Shown here: positions 20,301 to 28,743 of the stretch, piece after piece
Layout of the letters: each line of letters starts with the position of its first letter
Position numbering within the stretch: the first letter of the stretch is position 1
Source: an uncultured archaeon
Lineage (GTDB): Archaea > Aenigmatarchaeota > Aenigmatarchaeia > GW2011-AR5
Assembly: GCA_964373695.1 (NCBI GenBank)
Contig: CAYJVT010000001.1
Coordinates: 2,373 to 66,372 of the forward strand
DNA: 64,000 nucleotides
Reading direction: 5' to 3'
Made by a program: the position numbers and the translations under genes
The notes under the pieces: model-generated
Seen by the model: the letters and a program-made list of their open reading frames with translations, nothing else
What the model was told of the DNA's origin: nothing
The model's database searches: none

Positions 20301-21030
20301 TGTCCTTCTCGTAGAAGGCCTTCAGCTGCTGCTTTCCCATGATTACGTCGGCTTCCAGCTCCCAGAAGGGCTTTGGGACGAAATCTTTTATTTTTTTCTC
20401 GTGCTTTGACACCATATGAAGCACAGGCCCCTGCACCCGGCCGGTGGAGAGTATCTTGAACCTCTTCGCCGAGACTTTTATCGCAAGCGTCAGGGCCCTC
20501 GTGAAGTTTACACCCCAGTACATGTCAAGATAGTGCCTGGCGTACCCGGCCTCGACCTGGTTGTTGTTTATTTTTGACGGCTTCAGGAAGCTCTCAAGCA
20601 GCTCATCCTTCGTCATAGTGGAGAATTTCATCCGCGGCGCCGTCTTCCTTCCGCATATCAGCCTCAGTATGTTGTAGCCTATGACCTCTCCCTCGTCGTC
20701 GTAGTCGGTCGCTACGATAACGTCCTCAGCTTCCTTTCCGAGGGCTTCCATGTTGATGAAATAGGGCTGGGAGAATGCGGCCATCTTGTTCGCCTTGTAG
20801 GAAGGCATCCATTCGACGTCAAAAACGGGATAGGACCACCCCTTTCCCTGCTGCTTCAGTGTGAACAGGTGGCCGACGGCTGGCGCCGTGACGTATTTTT
20901 TTCCGTCCCTCTCGAATTCGTACCACACGACCTTTCCCTCGCCTTTCTTCAACGGCTTCCCCTCGGCAAGGGCTTCCGCAATGCTTTTCGATGCGGAAGG
21001 CTTTTCGCAGATTATTAGCGTGTATCCCAT
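17326..21030 (-). CDS. topA: DNA topoisomerase IA precursor with one intein (729-aa extein), Zn ribbons and terminal C2H2 finger
   Basis: IICEKPSA TOPRIM, ATDYDDEGE, STGRVQGP, LYQAGLMSYPRT (catalytic Tyr), AHPAIYPT, GIGTK|STRA. Confidence 0.95.
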   Translation of the reverse strand: MGYTLIICEKPSASKSIAEALAEGKPLKKGEGKVVWYEFERDGKKYVTAPAVGHLFTLKQQGKGWSYPVFDVEWMPSYKANKMAAFSQPYFINMEALGKEAEDVIVATDYDDEGEVIGYNILRLICGRKTAPRMKFSTMTKDELLESFLKPSKINNNQVEAGYARHYLDMYWGVNFTRALTLAIKVSAKRFKILSTGRVQGPVLHMVSKHEKKIKDFVPKPFWELEADVIMGKQQLKAFYEKDKMWNKADAESVLKSASGKKGTIADIKKKLMIQKPPKPYNTTSFLADIYRFFGYSPHQAMNIAESLYQAGLMSYPRTSSEKLPPDINYAKIIGSIAKNPKYAKDAGSLLKKQNLRPEEGSKTDPAHPAIYPTGEQKKMGDQQQKVYDLCVRRFLACFGEPAKRESQKIIINIGGNAFFVNGKKTIEAGWTELYGKYGTRDEVILPHMEKGVEVQVKKVSMTDKQTSPPARFSQGSVLKEMENRGIGTKCLTGDCKIITPDLDDIRLDELWKASKHIGYENDVEIRKLNTPTTVSLNEMHAGVEFKKPQIISRRRLNENEKLIMIKTKGGELKATSEHPIYLHDNEKIIIKEAGNVSKGDKILSVISRNKLGDVLVDNNWFLERNFKARNGMYVSRFSSKNALGIGMDKLPLKWSGDMAWILGYFYGDGSYNPPKYNGSHQLYFTTTEKKALDILKNRIKRVFGAEPKAYLVKNGRCFKVQCNSAVSTILAFLFPSIASKSQFEIPHEFVGDFLRGFFDADGNVHLRDIGNVTINGKEVVAHGVPRVKITLANEKLIIWIKELLGKIGINVDVHGENVKLKGKYFKCFTIRIGGRDNVDNFAWKVGFDVPHKKSILYKGLTSDSPHYKRLKACYSVVIALQKQDMDIVQLSEATGLNGHEAEMALKRLVKLDIVRRKRLSPYNSPPNRVIYRFIDKDYYFHALRSVYRHISGEFYAAEVEDVKVIEDKDAFVYDISVSADSPNFITNGGVLVHNSTRAQILQILYNRGYIIGRSIEVTELGMQLADILEKNVQDLVSEKLTRHFEQMMEEIAAGKRKREEVLDEARKKIEKIGAALKKKEKKIGDELTSAVIATQDRQSILGKCLKCGGTLKVHKNWRTGKRFVGCSGYKKGCRVGFPLPREGVIMSTEKECEHCKTPIIHVRPSGRRPFRMCLDPECKTKEEWLDKAKLKQVQDESKRSTKLAEKLKCNKCGKSLKSQRSMSLHMKKHGDEK
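18046..19560 (-). mobile_element. TopA intein (505 aa) with LAGLIDADG endonuclease and internal winged-HTH
   Basis: GIGTK|CLTGD...VLVHN|STRA. ILGYFYGDGS and FLRGFFDADG blocks. AT-rich. Confidence 0.93.
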
Positions 21031-21082
21031 TCGACCACTCTTTATTATTCCGGATTTAACTTTTATAATATTGTCAAAAAGC

Positions 21083-22363
21083 TTAAGAACTTCTTATGGA
21101 GTCAAATCCGGTGTAAGGCACAAGAACTTTCGGTATCTCAATCGTGCCGTCCTCCTTCTGGAAATTCTCCATGATGGCGACAATGATGCGCGGGGACGCC
21201 ACTCCTGTGTTGTTGAGCGTGTGGACCAGACCTGTGGCCGGTGCGTCCTTCTTCCCGTACTTTATGTTCAGCCTCCTGGCCTGATAATCGGTGCAGTTGC
21301 TGCACGAGGCCATCTCCCTGTACCTGTTCTGTGCCGGAAGCCACGCCTCTATGTCGTATTTCTTGGCTGCCACGCTCCCTATGTCGCCGGTGCATATGTT
21401 GACGACCCTGTAAGGTATTCCGAGCTCCCTGAAGAGCTCCTCGGTGTTCAGGAGAAGCTCCTCGTGCATGCGCCACGAGTCGTCCGGGTGGCAGAAAACG
21501 AACTGCTCGACCTTGTCGAACTGGTGCACGCGGAAGATGCCCTTTGTGTCCTTCCCGTGGGCTCCGGCCTCTTTTCTGAAGCAGGGCGATATGCCTGCCA
21601 GCTTTATTGGAAGCTCCTCTTCGTTTATCTTCTCCCCCATGTACATCGCCGCCATCGGGTGCTCCGAAGTCGCTATGAGATGCATGTCCTCGCCGTCAAT
21701 CTTGTACATGACTGTCTCGAAATCCGTCATGTCAGTGACCCCCTCGTAGGCCTCCCTCCTCATCATGTACGGCGGCTGCACGGGGATGAAATCCTTCTTC
21801 ACAAGCCTGTCCAGAGCAAAGCGCAGTATGGAATGGTTAAGTATGACGAGTTCCTTCTTCAGGAAGTAGAACCTTGCGCCGGATATCTTTGCAGCCCTCT
21901 CAAGGTCTACGAGTCCGAGCTGCATGCCAATGTCAACGTGGCTCCTCTGCTCAAAGCCGAAATCCCTTTTCCTGCCCCATGCCCTTATCTCCACGTTCTC
22001 CGAATCGTCCTTGCCGACCGGCACGCTGTCGTGGAGTATATTGGGCAGCACTTTCAGTATCGCATCGCATTGCTTGTTGATAAGCAGCAGTTTCTCCTCC
22101 GATTTCTTTATCTCTGCCGGCAGGCTCTTTGCTTCCTTCATGAGGCGCACGGCGCTTTTTCCGGACGCCTTCGCCTTGGATATGTCCTTTGTTATCTCGT
22201 TCCGCGTCTTCTTCGTCTCCTCGACTTTTTTTATCAGCGCGCGCCTTTTCTTGTCAATGTTTATTAAGTTTTCAAGAAGTTTCATCCTTTCAGTGTCCTG
22301 CCTTTTCTCCAGGTCCTTCCTTACGGCATCAGGGGACTCCCTTATCAGCTTTATGTCGAGCAT
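21083..22363 (-). CDS. serS: Seryl-tRNA synthetase
   Basis: MLDIKLIRE, LIATSEHP, CFRKEAGAHGKDTKGIFRVHQFDKVE, REMASCSNCTDYQARRL, HTLNNT. Confidence 0.97.
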   Translation of the reverse strand: MLDIKLIRESPDAVRKDLEKRQDTERMKLLENLINIDKKRRALIKKVEETKKTRNEITKDISKAKASGKSAVRLMKEAKSLPAEIKKSEEKLLLINKQCDAILKVLPNILHDSVPVGKDDSENVEIRAWGRKRDFGFEQRSHVDIGMQLGLVDLERAAKISGARFYFLKKELVILNHSILRFALDRLVKKDFIPVQPPYMMRREAYEGVTDMTDFETVMYKIDGEDMHLIATSEHPMAAMYMGEKINEEELPIKLAGISPCFRKEAGAHGKDTKGIFRVHQFDKVEQFVFCHPDDSWRMHEELLLNTEELFRELGIPYRVVNICTGDIGSVAAKKYDIEAWLPAQNRYREMASCSNCTDYQARRLNIKYGKKDAPATGLVHTLNNTGVASPRIIVAIMENFQKEDGTIEIPKVLVPYTGFDSIRSS

Positions 22364-22401
22364 ATGGTAAGAATGTCTGAAGGGAATTTAAATAAGATTG
22401 G

Positions 22402-22716
22402 TTGAATGTTATTTCAATGCTCCACAAAGTTTATCGCATGCTCGGGAAAATCCCAAGAAGAAAAGTCGCCACGTACGGCTCTCTGGCTAGGGCCTGCGGG
22501 ACGTCGCCGCGCGCTGTCGGTGCGCTGATGCGCTCGAACAGGCATCCTGAAATGTGCCCGTGCTACAAGGTCGTTAAGTCCACAGGAGAAATCGGCGGAT
22601 ACGGCGGCTGCATCAAAGGCGCAAAGCTCAGGAAGAAGGTTTCGCTTCTCAGGAAAGACGGAGTGAAAGTCGCTGGCGGCAGGATAGACCTCGAGAAATT
22701 CGCCCATAAGTTCTAG
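22402..22716 (+). CDS. MGMT/Ogt-family O6-alkylguanine alkyltransferase (C-terminal domain only)
   Basis: IPRRKVATYGSLA, SPRAVG, PCYKVV (canonical PCHRVV), IGGYGG. Confidence 0.85.
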   Translation: MNVISMLHKVYRMLGKIPRRKVATYGSLARACGTSPRAVGALMRSNRHPEMCPCYKVVKSTGEIGGYGGCIKGAKLRKKVSLLRKDGVKVAGGRIDLEKFAHKF

Positions 22717-22775
22717 CGCGTGACATTAACTATAATTTATTCATTTCATCATGAGTATTCTTAATACGACGCTAG
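22713..22775. terminator. Imperfect inverted repeat between convergent ogt-like and tyrS genes
   Basis: ctagcg-cgt..attaa ... ttaat-acg-acgctag in the convergent gap. Confidence 0.3.
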
Positions 22776-22793
22776 ATGTAAGGGTATGGAATC

Positions 22794-23867
22794 CTATCGT
22801 GTTACCCTGGAATTTTTTACTATTTCATAAAGCCTTTTTGCCTCGCTCTTCTCAAAGTGCTTCCTCACCGGGGACAATATTTCATCCAGCGCCTCTGCAG
22901 TCTCTTTTTTCAGGTCCAGTGGATGAAGCTCGCCTTTTATGAACTTGTTTTCCAGTTCTTCGTATGATTGCACTTCAAAATTCCCGCCAAACTTTTCCGG
23001 CCTGTATATTGTTCTCGAGACAAATTTCCTCAAGATTATGTATTTCCACATCTCAAGTATCGGGTTTCCTTCTGTAGTTTTTCCGGGACAATACGCCTTG
23101 TTTATTTTTTCTTCTATTTCTTTTTTGGTGTCATGTATGAATATCGCCGTCTGCGGCTTCGACTTGCTCATCTTGTCTTCAATCCCTGCTGTTTCCTGCC
23201 CCATTCTTCCTTTCGAGCCCTGCAATCCCATTAGAAGATGGTGATGGACGCAGACTCTCTGGGATCTGCCAATTTTTTTTGACAGTTCCCTTGAGAGTAT
23301 TGTTGAATGCCTCTGGTCCATTCCAAGCTGCAAGATGTCGGCCTTGAAATAAAAAGGGTCCCACACCTGCATCATAGGATACAGAAGCTGCGCCGTATAT
23401 TGCATCTCAGTCTCGTTTCTGCCCATCGTAGGGCTTGCCCTTATAGTTCTTTGTACTGTAACATTTTTTGCAATATCAATGACGCCTTTCCAGTAATTCT
23501 GGTCTTTTACGGCATCACTAGTCCATAATATTTTTATTTTTTTGGTATCAACGCCGCATGCTTCCCAGCCTTCGATAAAATACTCGCCTACATTTTTTAT
23601 GAGTTCCAGGTTGCCGCCCATCTTGTTATTGATGTAAGCAAACCAGTCAGCAATCCATAGGGTGAAATCTATCTTTGCCTCGAGAAGGTCTTTTATTTTT
23701 ATCGCGCGCAGAATTCCGCTCCCAAGATGCAAAAATCCGCTGGGTTCGAAGCCGTCATAAGCCATTGGACTCTGCTTGGTCTCTAAAAGATGTCTTAGGT
23801 CTTCCTCTGTAATGACTTCCTCCGTAGGCGGCCTCTTTATCAACTCTAACCGTTCTTCTATGTCCAT
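22794..23867 (-). CDS. tyrS: Tyrosyl-tRNA synthetase (archaeal type)
   Basis: YDGFEPSGFLHLGSG, YPMMQVWD, LGMDQR, KMSKS. True start is MDIEER at 23867. Confidence 0.95.
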   Translation of the reverse strand: MDIEERLELIKRPPTEEVITEEDLRHLLETKQSPMAYDGFEPSGFLHLGSGILRAIKIKDLLEAKIDFTLWIADWFAYINNKMGGNLELIKNVGEYFIEGWEACGVDTKKIKILWTSDAVKDQNYWKGVIDIAKNVTVQRTIRASPTMGRNETEMQYTAQLLYPMMQVWDPFYFKADILQLGMDQRHSTILSRELSKKIGRSQRVCVHHHLLMGLQGSKGRMGQETAGIEDKMSKSKPQTAIFIHDTKKEIEEKINKAYCPGKTTEGNPILEMWKYIILRKFVSRTIYRPEKFGGNFEVQSYEELENKFIKGELHPLDLKKETAEALDEILSPVRKHFEKSEAKRLYEIVKNSRVTR

Positions 23868-23917
23868 GTATACACCTTTTAACCTTATTCGATAGGAATA
23901 ATTTAAAGGCAAACAGA

Positions 23918-25147
23918 ATGAAGATAAAAGTTCTCGGCGCCGGGCGCGAGGTTGGCAGGAGCTGCATACTTGTCGAAAGCGAAAGAAAGGTTGTTCTTGA
24001 CTGCGGCGTGAAGCTGCAGCCGGAGCCTCCGCAGTATCCGCTTGTAGAGCAGATTGGGGACATTGACGCCGCCATCCTGTCCCATGCGCATCTGGACCAC
24101 TGCGGCGCGATGCCACTTCTGATGAAGAACAGGAAGATTCCGGTGTTCATGAACGCCATTACGATGGAGCTTGCGGCGCTGCTGGTGAAGGACTCGATGA
24201 AGGTCGCGAAGATGCAGGGATACGGCACGCCCTACGGAATCCAGGACTTCAAGAGGTTCATGAAGAACTCAAAGCCAGTCAATTACGGGGAGAAATTCAT
24301 GTCGTGCCGCCTCTACGACGCGGGGCATATCCCCGGGAGCGCCGGCATCATGATGGAAAAGGAGAAGATTTTCTACACCGGGGACATCCAGACGATACAG
24401 AGCCGGCTTCTTTCGCCGGCGAAGCTGCCGGAAAAATGCGAGACTCTTGTCATGGAAAGCACTTACGGTTTGGGGAACCATCCACTGAGGGAGCAGGAGG
24501 AGAGGAACCTTATAGAGTCCGTCGAGGAGGCCATAAGCAAGGACGAGACGGCCCTCATGCCGGTCTTCGCGGTCGGGCGTGCACAGGAAGTTCTCATGAT
24601 ACTGAAGGATTACGCAAACAAGATAGCGCTTGACGGGATGACGCGCACCGCCAGTGAGATAATCGCGGAATATGGCTCCTACCTGAAGAACCCGAAGGAA
24701 TTTAGGAAGGTCCTGAAGAAGGTCCATATCGTGAAGAAAGGGGCCGAGAGGGGCAGGATACTGAAGAAATTTCCCATAATAATAGCCAGTGCAGGAATGC
24801 TCGGCGGCGGGCCTGCCGTTGATTACCTCTCGAAAATATCGCACAGGGAGGAAAGCAAGGTGCTCTTCACCGGCTTCCTGGTGGAGGAGAGCCCGGGAAG
24901 CAACCTCATCAAGACGAAGATATTCGAGAACGGAAGGGACAAATTCGATGTCAACTGCGAGCTCAGGCAGTTCAACCTCAGCGCCCACGCCGACAGGAAG
25001 GGCCTGTTTTCGATAATAGAGAGGCTGAAGCCGAAGAACGTGCTCTGCATTCACAGCGATTCGTGCGGCGCATTCGCCAGGGAGATACATGAGAAATACG
25101 GGATAAATGCCTTCGCCCCCGGAAACGGCGAAGAGGTAAGGATATGA
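23918..25147 (+). CDS. beta-CASP metallo-beta-lactamase ribonuclease (aCPSF-like)
   Basis: GAGREVGRSC, SHAHLDHCG, AGHIPGSA, YTGD, MESTYG, AVGRAQE, LSAHAD. Confidence 0.92.
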   Translation: MKIKVLGAGREVGRSCILVESERKVVLDCGVKLQPEPPQYPLVEQIGDIDAAILSHAHLDHCGAMPLLMKNRKIPVFMNAITMELAALLVKDSMKVAKMQGYGTPYGIQDFKRFMKNSKPVNYGEKFMSCRLYDAGHIPGSAGIMMEKEKIFYTGDIQTIQSRLLSPAKLPEKCETLVMESTYGLGNHPLREQEERNLIESVEEAISKDETALMPVFAVGRAQEVLMILKDYANKIALDGMTRTASEIIAEYGSYLKNPKEFRKVLKKVHIVKKGAERGRILKKFPIIIASAGMLGGGPAVDYLSKISHREESKVLFTGFLVEESPGSNLIKTKIFENGRDKFDVNCELRQFNLSAHADRKGLFSIIERLKPKNVLCIHSDSCGAFAREIHEKYGINAFAPGNGEEVRI

Positions 25148-26157
25148 TTGTTGTCGACGGCTCTCATGGTGAGGGGGGCGGCCAGATACTGAGGACCTCG
25201 CTTGCATTGTCCGCAGTCACCGGCGAGCCGTGTAAAATCTTGAACATAAGGAAAGGCAGGCAGAACCCGGGCATGCAGGCGCAGCATGTGGAGGCTGCAA
25301 AAGCCTTGGCCCAACTGTGCGATGCTGAAACAAGTGGCCTTCATCTTCATTCATCTGAACTTGAATTTGTTCCGCATGACATAAAGGGCGGCAATATACG
25401 TATTTTCATCCCCACTGCAGGCTCAGTTGCACTCGTTCTTCAGGGAATCATGATAGCGTCCCTTCGCGCGAAGAAGGGAGTTTCCGTGAGGATAGAGGGA
25501 GGCGCCACCCATGGAAAGTGGGCGCCCTCGGTGGTATATGCAAAGAACATCCTGCTGCCGCTCCTTTCAAAGATGGATTATGAGGGCTACATAGATGTGG
25601 AGAAGTACGGCTACTATCCAAAGGGCGGCGCCAGCGTGTCCTGCAACTTTGCCCCGAAAAAGCTGAAACCACTTGAGCTCATTGAAAGGGGGAAGGTGCT
25701 GTCAGTTGAGGGGGTTTCCCACGCATCCAAGCTTCTGGAGAAATCCCATGTAGCCGAGAGGCAGAAGAAATCCTGCGTGGAACACATGGAGAAGAACGGG
25801 TTTGAATGCAGGATATTCGATTCTTATTTCAACACAGTATGCGAGGGCTCCGCCGTCGACCTCTGGGCGAGAACGGAGAACTCTTTTCTTGGCGCCGACG
25901 GGCTTGGAGAAAAAGGGATGCGCGCGGAGGATGTCGGGAAGTGTGCGGCCGAAAAGCTCGTCGCTCTGCTGAAGGCCGGTGCCGCCCTGGACGAGCATGC
26001 GGAAGACCAGCTCCTTCCCTACATCGCCCTTGCAGGCGGCAGCTTCAGTTATCATCACCTGACGCCGCACACGCGCACCAACATGCATGTGATAGAGAAA
26101 TTCCTTCCAGTGAAATTCTCAATAGGTGAAAATATCATTTCATGCCGGGGCTCATGA
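25144..26157 (+). CDS. rtcA: RNA 3'-terminal phosphate cyclase
   Basis: DGSHGEGGGQILRT, NIRKGR.NPGMQAQH, GYYPKGG, DEHAEDQL, PHTRTN (catalytic His). ATGA overlap with the upstream gene. Confidence 0.95.
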   Translation: MIVVDGSHGEGGGQILRTSLALSAVTGEPCKILNIRKGRQNPGMQAQHVEAAKALAQLCDAETSGLHLHSSELEFVPHDIKGGNIRIFIPTAGSVALVLQGIMIASLRAKKGVSVRIEGGATHGKWAPSVVYAKNILLPLLSKMDYEGYIDVEKYGYYPKGGASVSCNFAPKKLKPLELIERGKVLSVEGVSHASKLLEKSHVAERQKKSCVEHMEKNGFECRIFDSYFNTVCEGSAVDLWARTENSFLGADGLGEKGMRAEDVGKCAAEKLVALLKAGAALDEHAEDQLLPYIALAGGSFSYHHLTPHTRTNMHVIEKFLPVKFSIGENIISCRGS

Positions 26158-26703
26158 GGAAAACTTCATTTTCAGGTATTCTGCTATCGCGTGGCATATG
26201 AAGGAATGGACCGGTTCTATTATTGTGTAGTCGTTGTCATCCACTACAATGCAGTGCCCGGCGATTTTCTTGAGCATCCCGCCGGTAGAGCCTGTCAATC
26301 CGACTGTGGTTGCGCCTTTTTCTTTCGCGTACTCCACAGACTTGACAATGTTACGAGAGTTTCCCTTTGAGCTTATCGCTACGAGAACGTCATGTCCGTT
26401 CACGTTATGGATTCTCAGCTGTTCTGAAAAAACGTCGTCATACGATATGTCGTTTGAGATTGTTGTCATGAGGGATATGTTGACGGTGAGTGGTATGACA
26501 TTGAACTGCTTTTTCGGCTTTGTATACGTGACGAGGTCGTTCGAAAAATGGGACGCTATGGAGGCGCTGCCGCCGTTGCCGCATATGAAGACCCTTCCGG
26601 CGCTCCCGTAAGTATTAAGCATGATATCCGCGATTTCATTTATCTTCTGATGCTCCAGGGAATTCAGGGCCTTGATATACATCTGCGTCATTTCCTGGAA
26701 CAT
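26152..26703 (-). CDS. gmhA: Phosphoheptose isomerase (SIS domain)
   Basis: FICGNGGSASIASH, SNDISYDDVFSEQL, AISSKGNSRNI, EPVHSFICH. Confidence 0.85.
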   Translation of the reverse strand: MFQEMTQMYIKALNSLEHQKINEIADIMLNTYGSAGRVFICGNGGSASIASHFSNDLVTYTKPKKQFNVIPLTVNISLMTTISNDISYDDVFSEQLRIHNVNGHDVLVAISSKGNSRNIVKSVEYAKEKGATTVGLTGSTGGMLKKIAGHCIVVDDNDYTIIEPVHSFICHAIAEYLKMKFSS

Positions 26704-26772
26704 AAATATGTCTTCCGTGGTGATTACTAAAGGGTTTTGCGTATGAATGCTTCGCCCATGAAATATCTTTCT

Positions 26773-27411
26773 TCACACCATAGCGCTCTTCTGGCTGCTT
26801 GCCATCGCCTGCTTTATGACGAAATCGACGCCGCCCGATTTCGCGGCGCCGTGGCCTGGAAAAAGGTATGAGATGCCCAGTTCCGAGAGCTTCTGGAGGG
26901 ATTTGACCATGTCATCCCTGCTGCCGCCCGGGAAATCCGTCCTGCCTGATACTGTATCGCCCGATATGAGTATCCTTTTCGCTCTCTCGTAGAGGCACAC
27001 AGAGCCTGGCGTGTGCCCCGGAGTATGCAGTACTTCGAACCTGAAATTCTTTGTCTTTATGGCGGACTTGTCCTTCAGGAGCCTGTCAACAGTTGTCACC
27101 CGCGGCCTTTCGCCAAAAACCTCCGCAAGTGTCTCGCCGCTTTCAAGGCAGTCCTTGTCTTTCTGGTGTATGTATATCTCGGAGCCCAGCCAGTCCCTGA
27201 ATTTCTTGTTCCCGCCTGTGTGGTCAAAGTGATGGTGCGTGTTTATTATGCTCTTGAGGCTCATTATGTCGGATATCGACTCTATCTCTCTTTTCATCTC
27301 ATAAAAGAATCTCCCTGTGCCGGTGTCGATTATAAGCTCGTCATCCACGACATAGACGTTGCAGTCGCCCTCAACGCCGGGCAGGACATGTATGTTTCTG
27401 AAGACCTGCAT
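26773..27411 (-). CDS. Glyoxalase II-like MBL-fold hydrolase
   Basis: IDTG, THHHFDHTGG, HTPGHTPGS, ISGD, GRTDFPGG, PGHG. Confidence 0.88.
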   Translation of the reverse strand: MQVFRNIHVLPGVEGDCNVYVVDDELIIDTGTGRFFYEMKREIESISDIMSLKSIINTHHHFDHTGGNKKFRDWLGSEIYIHQKDKDCLESGETLAEVFGERPRVTTVDRLLKDKSAIKTKNFRFEVLHTPGHTPGSVCLYERAKRILISGDTVSGRTDFPGGSRDDMVKSLQKLSELGISYLFPGHGAAKSGGVDFVIKQAMASSQKSAMV

Positions 27412-27435
27412 CTTTTAGATATGCAGTGAAATTTT

Positions 27436-28245
27436 TTATAGGGATTCGGGCTGGACATGCCTCCCGATAAGCCTGTGGGCGTTTATTGCGGAGAAGCGCG
27501 TCCCGTCCTTTAAGGCTATTATGTTCCCTTTGGCCGATGTTACCGTGCCCTTTATCCTGATGCCGTCTGCAACCTCGACAACTTCGGGCTCCGATATTAT
27601 CCTGTCGAGCCTGTAGTGGCTTCGCAGGTCGTATATCTCCGGGTTTATCAGATGCGCGTCGAATCCGTTCCCTCCAAGGCGTGCTATGGCTGAGGATATG
27701 GAGCCGATGCAGACATTGGGGTCGCAGAACAGCCTGGAATGCTTTTCCTTGGAGACCATCCTGTCGACTATGCCGAGATGCCTCCTTATATCCTGCTCTA
27801 TTATGCGGACCTCCTTCCCGTCCTTCACGTGGCCTATTTTCGCGCCGAAGTCGGCCCCCTGCTCTATGAGGCGGTAGAGAAACCTCATATCGAACGATAT
27901 CCCTACTTTCAGCATCCCGTCAAAAGCGGCAAGATAGATGAAATACTTGTTCTCCATGCAGCTGTCTCTCTTGACTGGGTTTATGCACTCCTTTCCAGTG
28001 CACTGGACGCAGTTGAAAAAATCGTCCTGCATGCAGCAGTAGTTGCACATGTAGTTGTTGTCGGTCGGTGAGGAGTTGGGGCATTCAAAGTGCTTTCCTC
28101 TTTTTTTGTACCCGGTGCATGTCTTCTTTCCGAGAACCATGTCTATGTAGCGGCCGAAAAGCTTAATGGAAGAGCCGTCGGAGAACGATATGAAGGGCTC
28201 GTAGGAGCCTGATTCCTGCTTCCATGAATATTTCATTATTTGCAT
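27436..28245 (-). CDS. DUF2797-like Cys-rich protein
   Basis: CTGY..C, CNYC, CVQC clusters and YLAAFDGMLKVGIS..RLIEQGAD motif. Confidence 0.75.
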   Translation of the reverse strand: MQIMKYSWKQESGSYEPFISFSDGSSIKLFGRYIDMVLGKKTCTGYKKRGKHFECPNSSPTDNNYMCNYCCMQDDFFNCVQCTGKECINPVKRDSCMENKYFIYLAAFDGMLKVGISFDMRFLYRLIEQGADFGAKIGHVKDGKEVRIIEQDIRRHLGIVDRMVSKEKHSRLFCDPNVCIGSISSAIARLGGNGFDAHLINPEIYDLRSHYRLDRIISEPEVVEVADGIRIKGTVTSAKGNIIALKDGTRFSAINAHRLIGRHVQPESL

Positions 28246-28709
28246 CGGACTCTCCTCTTTGCCGCCTCAACCGCGGCTCTTATGAAATCCGAGTCGTCAA
28301 GATTTCGGAATGCCTTCAGCGCCGGAGCGCATTCCTCTATGTCCTCGGGCCTGCCGGAGGAGGCTATTTGGCTGTAATATATGTAAAAGAGATCGTCTGA
28401 ATGCCCGTTCTTTGACATTTCCGCATTCACTTGGTCGTCGTCGCTTGTTCCCAGGGCGGCCTTGAAGAGCTGCCTTGTCAATAAGGCCTTTATCCCGCGC
28501 TCGTCCTTCTCGCGGACGAATATGTTGTCATAATCAATGCATATGAGCGCTGTGTCGCCCGACGAAAAGAAGGATGTTGAGTCCCTCACATGGAACTCCA
28601 TTGATGAATACCTCAGTGGCAGGCCGAACCCTGTCAGGACTTCGTCAAATATTTTCGAGGCGAGCTTTGTAGAATCGTCATCTTTCACGAGGCTCTTCGT
28701 TACTCTCAT
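28236..28709 (-). CDS. Hypothetical protein
   Basis: 157-aa ORF with host-like codon usage, overlapping the start of the next gene. Confidence 0.7.
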   Translation of the reverse strand: MRVTKSLVKDDDSTKLASKIFDEVLTGFGLPLRYSSMEFHVRDSTSFFSSGDTALICIDYDNIFVREKDERGIKALLTRQLFKAALGTSDDDQVNAEMSKNGHSDDLFYIYYSQIASSGRPEDIEECAPALKAFRNLDDSDFIRAAVEAAKRRVRCK

Positions 28710-28743
28710 GATAGTTATTTGGTTTCAGCGGTAAATAAAATTT

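Noticed and set aside
20861-22267. 468-aa + strand ORF opposite serS
   Set aside because: Antisense shadow of a GC3-rich gene, with no motifs.
23868-24116. N-terminal extension of TyrRS
   Set aside because: Overlaps the divergent beta-CASP gene. The real start is 23867.
24269-25207. 312-aa - strand ORF opposite the beta-CASP gene
   Set aside because: Antisense shadow ORF. The same applies to the many 60-275-aa ORFs nested in real genes across the window.
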